32,000 bases of DNA from Patescibacteria group bacterium (GTDB taxonomy: Bacteria > Patescibacteriota > Patescibacteriia > 2-01-FULL-39-33): assembly GCA_041649575.1 (NCBI GenBank), contig JBAZMW010000002.1, positions 120,001 through 152,000 of the forward strand, written 5' to 3'. The position numbers and the translations under genes are program-made. Below are positions 26,608 to 32,000 of this stretch, piece by piece; within the stretch, counting starts at the first letter, position 1, and each line of letters opens with the position of its first letter. A model generated the notes under the pieces. It ran no database searches and had not been told where the DNA came from. It worked only from the letters and a program-made list of their open reading frames with translations.

Positions 26608-28434
26608 ATGGAAGAAAGCGCTTTCAAAAAATTTTTTTCTCCTGGCCCGCGCGGCAAGCTCCGTTGGGCTATTTTTGGCGTTTTAGTTTTGTTTTTTTTG
26701 GCCTTTTTTATTGACTTCATCGGTTTTAGCAATTATCTTTCTCGGGGCTTGTCTGGTGCGCTGAAAACCGTGCCGGTGATTAGTGATTTGCGGGTTTGGC
26801 CCAAGATCGAACACAGTGCCGTTGATAACAGCAAAAGTTTGAAATTCAAGAGTTTTAAGGAAATAGAACTGGCCAGTTATGGCCTGCCCTTCCGCCTGGG
26901 GTTGGACCTATTGGGCGGAACGCATTTAGTTTATGATGCCGATGTTTCCCAGATTCCCAGCGAAGATCGTCCTAGCTCTCTCTCTGGCGTTAGAGATGTT
27001 ATTGAGCGTCGCGTTAATTCTTTGGGAGTTTCCGAACCTTTGATACAAACCAATCAGTCTGGCGGCAATTACCGAGTGATTGTCGAGCTGGCCGGAGTTT
27101 ACGATGTTAATCAGGCTATTAAAATGATCGGTGAGACCCCGCTCTTGGAATTCAAGGAAGAAAATCCGGCGGCCACCACTCTTACCCTGGAACAACAAAA
27201 GCAACTGGATACGGAAAATAAAGTGATAGAAGACCAGGCGGCCGGTGTTTTGCAGCAGATAAAAAGCGGCGCTGACTTTTCCGCTTTGGCCAAACAATAT
27301 AGCGAAGACCCTGGCAGCAAAGAAAACGGCGGTTTGTACACCGGCGTCAAAAAGGGAGTTTTTGTACCCGAGTTTGACGAAGTGATTTTTAATAAATTGA
27401 AAGTCGGCGAACTTTATCCGGAACTGGTCAAAACACAATTTGGTTTTCATATTATCAAAAAGGAAGCGGAGAGGGGGAGTGGTGACGGCTTGGAAGTCGA
27501 TGTCAGGCATATTCTTTTCAAGACCAAGACTTCCCAGGATTTGGGCATTGTCGTGCAGTCGGAATGGATCAGCACCAAACTGACCGGCCAGCAACTAAAA
27601 AAGGCCAGGGTAGAAATGGATCCCAATTCTGGCGTGCCGCAAGTGGCTCTGGAATTCAACAAAGAAGGAGCCGATCTTTTTGCCGATATCACCAAAAGAA
27701 ACACCGGCAAATTGGTGGCGATTTTTCTTGACGGTTCGCCCATAAGTATTCCCAGGGTGAGCGAGCCGATTCTTTCCGGTCAGGCCGTTATCTCCGGAAA
27801 TTTCACCGTCAAAGACGCGAAGCTCTTGGCTCAACGCCTGAACGCCGGCGCTTTGCCGGTGCCGGTCAAGCTGATTTCTCAAACCACCGTGGGAGCCAGT
27901 CTGGGCAGCGAGTCGGTCCAAAAAAGCTTGGTTGCCGGTATCTGGGGCTTCTTGCTGGTAGCTTTGTTTATGATTTTTTATTATCGGTTACCAGGCGTAC
28001 TTTCCGTAGTGGCTTTGGTCATCTACACCATGATTGCTTTGGCTATCTTTAAAATTTTTCATGTCACCATGACCTTAGCGGGCATTGCCGGTTTTATTTT
28101 GTCTATCGGTATGGCCGTCGATGCCAATATTTTGATTTTTGAAAGATTAAAAGAAGAATTGCGCGCTGGCCGTAACTTGGAATTGGCCATTACCGAAGGC
28201 TTTCATCGCGCCTGGAGCTCTATTCGCGACTCCAATATTTCTTCACTGATAACTTGCGCCATTCTATTCTGGTTTGGCTCCAGCATTATTCGCGGCTTTG
28301 CGGTCACCTTAGCCTTGGGTATCCTTGTCTCCATGTTTTCGGCCATCACTATCACCAGGCAGCTCTTGAAACTGGTTGGCAAGTGGCGGATAAGTAAGTT
28401 TCGTTGGTTTTATAACGCTAAGCCCAGCAAATAA
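26608..28434 (+). CDS. secD: Protein translocase subunit SecD with inserted parvulin-like domain
   Basis: LRLGLDLLGGTHLVYDAD, VIERRVNSLGVSEPLIQ, SGNFTVKDAKLLAQRLNAGALPVPV; insertion GADFSALAKQYSEDPGSKENGGLYTG..FVPEFDEVIF..TQFGFHIIK between LEFKEE and WISTKLTG. Confidence 0.96.
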   Translation: MEESAFKKFFSPGPRGKLRWAIFGVLVLFFLAFFIDFIGFSNYLSRGLSGALKTVPVISDLRVWPKIEHSAVDNSKSLKFKSFKEIELASYGLPFRLGLDLLGGTHLVYDADVSQIPSEDRPSSLSGVRDVIERRVNSLGVSEPLIQTNQSGGNYRVIVELAGVYDVNQAIKMIGETPLLEFKEENPAATTLTLEQQKQLDTENKVIEDQAAGVLQQIKSGADFSALAKQYSEDPGSKENGGLYTGVKKGVFVPEFDEVIFNKLKVGELYPELVKTQFGFHIIKKEAERGSGDGLEVDVRHILFKTKTSQDLGIVVQSEWISTKLTGQQLKKARVEMDPNSGVPQVALEFNKEGADLFADITKRNTGKLVAIFLDGSPISIPRVSEPILSGQAVISGNFTVKDAKLLAQRLNAGALPVPVKLISQTTVGASLGSESVQKSLVAGIWGFLLVALFMIFYYRLPGVLSVVALVIYTMIALAIFKIFHVTMTLAGIAGFILSIGMAVDANILIFERLKEELRAGRNLELAITEGFHRAWSSIRDSNISSLITCAILFWFGSSIIRGFAVTLALGILVSMFSAITITRQLLKLVGKWRISKFRWFYNAKPSK

Positions 28435-28438
28435 ATTT

Positions 28439-29362
28439 ATGAAGTTAAAAATAATTCCCAATCGAAAATACTACTACTTTTTTTCCGGCCTACTCTTTGT
28501 GGCCAGTTTGGTTAGTCTTTTCCTTTGGGGCCTAAGACCCGGTTTGGATTTTACCGGCGGCAGTCTCATGGAGCTGTCTTTTGCCACCAGTCGCCCCGGT
28601 TCTCAAGAAGTCTCCGCCGCGCTGGTGCCGTTGAATCTAGGGGATTTGATAGTTCAGCAGGCCGGGGAAAAAGAAATAATGTTGCGTTTTAAGGCCGTTG
28701 ACGAAGCGACGCATCAGGGTATTTTACAAACTATTAGCGATAAATTTGCCGCTGATTCTCCGGAACAAATCAAAGAATTGCAGTTTGAATCCATTGGTCC
28801 GGTTATCGGTAAAGAGTTGCAGCAAAAAGCCTGGTGGCAGATATTTTTGGTTTCTTTGGGCATTATTATTTACATCGCTTTTGCTTTTCGAAAGGTTTCC
28901 AAACCGCTGGCCTCCTGGAAATATGGCGTCTCGGCCATTATCGCCTTGCTTCACGACATTGTTATTGTTGCCGGCTTTTTCTCGGTCTTGGGGCATTTCT
29001 TTAATGTAGAAATCGACGCCTTGTTTATTACGGCTCTTTTAACCATCATGGGTTTTTCCGTTCATGACACCATTGTGGTTTTTGACCGTACCAGAGAAAA
29101 TATCACCCGTCATCATGGCGGCACTTTTGCCGAAGTGGTTAATGATAGCGTCAACCAGACCATTGTTCGCTCCGTCAACACTTCTCTAACGGTGCTATTG
29201 GTGTTGTTGTCGCTTTATATTTTGGGAGGCGCGACTATCAAAAACTTTGTTTTGGCTCTGCTTTTTGGCATTGCCATTGGCACTTATTCCTCTATCTTTG
29301 TCGCCAGTCCGGTAATTGTTGACTGGAATAATTTTGGCAAGAAAACAAAATCAGCCAGATAA
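28439..29362 (+). CDS. secF: Protein translocase subunit SecF
   Basis: GLRPGLDFTGGSLMELSF, GFSVHDTIVVFDRTREN, NQTIVRSVNTSLTVLLVLLSL. Confidence 0.96.
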   Translation: MKLKIIPNRKYYYFFSGLLFVASLVSLFLWGLRPGLDFTGGSLMELSFATSRPGSQEVSAALVPLNLGDLIVQQAGEKEIMLRFKAVDEATHQGILQTISDKFAADSPEQIKELQFESIGPVIGKELQQKAWWQIFLVSLGIIIYIAFAFRKVSKPLASWKYGVSAIIALLHDIVIVAGFFSVLGHFFNVEIDALFITALLTIMGFSVHDTIVVFDRTRENITRHHGGTFAEVVNDSVNQTIVRSVNTSLTVLLVLLSLYILGGATIKNFVLALLFGIAIGTYSSIFVASPVIVDWNNFGKKTKSAR

Positions 29363-29415
29363 TTATTAATCATTTTAGTCAAGCAAGCTCTAAAAAAATA
29401 GAGTTTGTTTTTTTA

Positions 29416-29444
29416 TTGACAAAAATATTTATTTTTGATATAAT
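29416..29444 (+). promoter_or_regulatory. Exact-consensus promoter for the sigma4/HARE gene
   Basis: TTGACA (29416-29421), 17-nt spacer, TATAAT (29439-29444). Confidence 0.85.
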
Positions 29445-29509
29445 AAAGTAAATAATAAAAAGTTTATTATTTTTTAGCTAGATTTAGCTGAAATATTTAT
29501 ATTTTTAAT

Positions 29510-30667
29510 ATGTCTATTTTAGATCAAGTTAGAAAAAATCAATTTCAGGACAATTTAGCCGGTTTTAATCCCGTGTCCACTCTTAATACTTTATTTTCCA
29601 GTCTAAGCGACAAAGAAAGAGATGTTGTTAGGCGGCGTTTTGGCTTGGGTACGGATCGCAAATATACCTTGGAAGAAATCGGCAAACAATACGGCATTAC
29701 TCGGGAAAGAGTGCGCCAGATAGAGAGTTTAAGCATCAAAAAATTAAAAGAACTTCAAGAATTGAAAGAAGAAATCGAAAAAGCCGAAAAAGTTGTGGTT
29801 CAGCTGTTGGAGCAGTATGGCGGCGTTATGGAACAAGATTTCTTTTTGGAAAAAGTCCTTAATTATTTAGAGGCCCAAGAAAATATCGAGAATGTCTTGT
29901 TGTTTTTGGCCGAACACATTTTTTCCGACAATGTCTCCAAGGTCCGCCAGGACAAGGAATTCAATAATTTATGGAGAACCGATAGCGCCGATGTCACCTC
30001 GCTGAAGGATATTGTTAATGAGATGGTCCGAGTGATCAGTCAAAACAATCAGCCCGTTCAGCTGCAGAACTTGCTTAACAGTTTCAAAGACTCCGAATTC
30101 TATCAAAAAAACAAAGATAAAATTCTTTCTCGGGCGGTTTTTTTGGAAGCCACCGAAGAGGACGTGGATAAAATTTTAGAGAGTTATCTGCGCGCTAGCC
30201 GCAAAATCAAATCCAATTTGTTTGACGAGTGGGGCTTGGTCTCTTGGGGCACTGTTCAACCCAAGAAGATCAATGATAAAATATATATGGCCCTAAAGAA
30301 AGCCGGCAAGCCTTTGCATTTCACCGAGATTGCCAATTTAATCAACGAAACCAAGTTCGACGATAAAATCGCTTATCCGCCCACCGTTCATAATGAATTG
30401 ATTTTGGATGACAAATATGTTTTGGTCGGCCGCGGTATTTACGCTCTGAAAGAATGGGGCTATAATCCCGGCAATGTGGCCGATGTTTTAGAGGAAGTGT
30501 TAAAGGAAAATGGTCCTTTAACCCGCGACGAAGTTATCGAAAAAGTTTTGGCCAAGCGCCAAGTCAAGAAATCAACCGTCTATTTGTCGCTGATGAACAA
30601 CAGCCAGATCAAGAAAAACGAGCAGGGCAAATACTATTTACTGGACGATACTGCCAAAAGTTTATAA
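29510..30667 (+). CDS. Sigma-70 region 4 domain protein fused to HARE-HTH (RpoE-delta-like) domain
   Basis: LSDKERDVVRRRFGLGTDRKYTLEEIGKQYGITRERVRQIESLSIKKLKEL; later MALKKAGKPLHFTEIANLINE..HNELILDDKYVLVGRGIYALKEWGY; no region 2. Confidence 0.87.
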   Translation: MSILDQVRKNQFQDNLAGFNPVSTLNTLFSSLSDKERDVVRRRFGLGTDRKYTLEEIGKQYGITRERVRQIESLSIKKLKELQELKEEIEKAEKVVVQLLEQYGGVMEQDFFLEKVLNYLEAQENIENVLLFLAEHIFSDNVSKVRQDKEFNNLWRTDSADVTSLKDIVNEMVRVISQNNQPVQLQNLLNSFKDSEFYQKNKDKILSRAVFLEATEEDVDKILESYLRASRKIKSNLFDEWGLVSWGTVQPKKINDKIYMALKKAGKPLHFTEIANLINETKFDDKIAYPPTVHNELILDDKYVLVGRGIYALKEWGYNPGNVADVLEEVLKENGPLTRDEVIEKVLAKRQVKKSTVYLSLMNNSQIKKNEQGKYYLLDDTAKSL

Positions 30668-30742
30668 ACTTTAATTGTCAGCTAAAGTTAGCGTTTCAGA
30701 CGCTAATCTAAGATAGTCTAAAACTCAGGAAGGTGACAAGGT

Positions 30743-32000
30743 ATGGGAATTGAACTTAATTTTGATTTGGCTTCAGTTTGGGAAAGTTTCGTAATTTTTG
30801 CTTCCCAGGATCCAATTACCATTGGCATTCAACTGTTTCTTAAAGGTGGTTGGGTGATTTTTTTAATTGTAATACTGACTGTTTTTTACGATGCGTGGCT
30901 AGATGCCCGCCAAGGCCAGTATGCCGGCAAGTGGCAGCATGTTCTCTTGGCTATCGATATTCCCAAAAACAATGAACAAACACCTAAGGCGGTAGAAAAT
31001 CTTTTTGTCGCTTTGGCCGGTACGCAATCCAGCGGCAATTTGATTGATCGTTATTGGCATGGCAAAATACAAGAAAGTTTTTCCTTCGAAATCGTCAGTC
31101 TCGAAGGCTATATCCAATTTTTGGTGCGCACTCCCGTTCATTTCAGGGATCTGGTGGAGGCCGCTGTTTATGCCCAGTATCCGGAAGCGGAAATCACCGA
31201 AGTCGAGGATTACGCCAAGGATTATGCCGGATTGCGTTTTCCCAATGAGCAATATAATTTGTGGGGCACCGAATTGGTTCTGACCAAGGATTACCCCTAT
31301 CCCATCAAAACTTATATTGATTTTGAACACACTTTGACCGGCAATTTTTTGGATCCCATGGCGGGGTTATTGGAGATTTTGAGCCGCTTCGGTCCCGGCG
31401 AGCAGCTCTGGCTGCAGCTGGTGGTGACGCCGTGGAAGCCGGACTGGGGCGAAAAAGCCAAAAAAGCCATCAAGACTCTTAAAGGAGAAAATTATGCTCC
31501 GCCGACCACCATAGCCGACAGGATAGCCAAACCAATCGAGTGGTTGGGCACTCAGGCCTTAAATGTCGCTAATGAATTTGCCGGCGGCGGGGGAGAGGGA
31601 GCCAGCAAAAAAGAGGAAGATCAGTGGAAAATGTTCAAACTTACTCCTGGAGAAAGACTGGTTTTTGAAAAAATTCAGCATAAATTGTCCAAAATTCCTT
31701 TCCGGGTGAAATTTCGCATGATTTATTTGGCCAAAAAAGATGTTTTTGCCAAAGGCCGGGGCGTAGCGGCTGTGATTGGCAATATTCAGCAGTTTAATGT
31801 CTCCGACGCCAATGGCTTCAAACCCGGCCCGAAAACCAAGACGGCGGTCGATTATTTTCGCGTTAAGAAAAGATTGGCGGAAAGGCAAAAAAGGATTTTG
31901 CGTCGTTTTATTGGCCGCAGTAATTTTTATGGCGAACCGGTCAGTAATATGTTTTTGAGTACCGAGGAATTAGCCACCCTTTGGCATTTCCCGGTGATGA
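30743..32000 (+). CDS. Membrane-anchored protein, incomplete at the window edge; possibly linked to a conjugation/type IV-like ATPase locus
   Basis: Open frame MGIELNFDLASVWESFVIFASQDPITIGIQLFLKGGWVIFLIVILTVFYDAWLDARQGQYAGKWQHVLLAIDIPKNNEQTPKAVENLFVALAG... to the last base; SD AGGAAGGTG; absent from the ORF track because it has no stop in the window. Confidence 0.85.
   Translation, partial: MGIELNFDLASVWESFVIFASQDPITIGIQLFLKGGWVIFLIVILTVFYDAWLDARQGQYAGKWQHVLLAIDIPKNNEQTPKAVENLFVALAGTQSSGNLIDRYWHGKIQESFSFEIVSLEGYIQFLVRTPVHFRDLVEAAVYAQYPEAEITEVEDYAKDYAGLRFPNEQYNLWGTELVLTKDYPYPIKTYIDFEHTLTGNFLDPMAGLLEILSRFGPGEQLWLQLVVTPWKPDWGEKAKKAIKTLKGENYAPPTTIADRIAKPIEWLGTQALNVANEFAGGGGEGASKKEEDQWKMFKLTPGERLVFEKIQHKLSKIPFRVKFRMIYLAKKDVFAKGRGVAAVIGNIQQFNVSDANGFKPGPKTKTAVDYFRVKKRLAERQKRILRRFIGRSNFYGEPVSNMFLSTEELATLWHFPVM

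Noticed and set aside
31044-31888. ORFs 31044-31283 +, 31054-31248 + and 31559-31888 -
   Set aside because: All overlap the long open frame starting at 30743, which has SD and a consistent membrane-protein translation.
1-32000. CRISPR array, transposase, integrase or known defence genes
   Set aside because: No direct-repeat/spacer pattern and no recognisable motifs of these systems were seen.

Overview
The window looks like a chromosomal segment of a Patescibacteria/CPR-like (Parcubacteria-type) bacterium. This lineage call is inference from gene content, small gene sizes and style. From left to right: a CIRCE-controlled heat-shock cluster (hrcA, grpE, hsp20, dnaK ... dnaJ) interrupted by a three-gene set related to the 2-hydroxyacyl-CoA dehydratase/activase family; tRNA-Glu(CUC); a MacA/MacB-type exporter with two different permeases; a RodA/FtsW protein; L25; a strong candidate structured ncRNA (promoter ~16742, terminator ~17028); prmC, a GT2 glycosyltransferase, prfA and rpmE on the minus strand; an orphan beta-helix lipoprotein; rpsB, tsf and a RicT/PSP1 protein; an orphan 160-aa gene; gap, secD, secF; a sigma region-4/HARE-HTH protein; and the 5' part of a membrane-anchored gene that runs off the right edge and is missing from the ORF track. 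Main leads: (1) the paralogous Fe-S dehydratase-like pair plus ATPase inside the chaperone locus; (2) the ~250-nt ncRNA candidate; (3) SecD with an inserted parvulin-like domain whose beta1 motif appears after its last strand, suggesting circular permutation; (4) several self-contained orphan units, each with its own consensus promoter, Shine-Dalgarno (where coding) and terminator; (5) a free-standing sigma-region-4/HARE-HTH protein. No CRISPR array, transposase or obvious defence system was seen.
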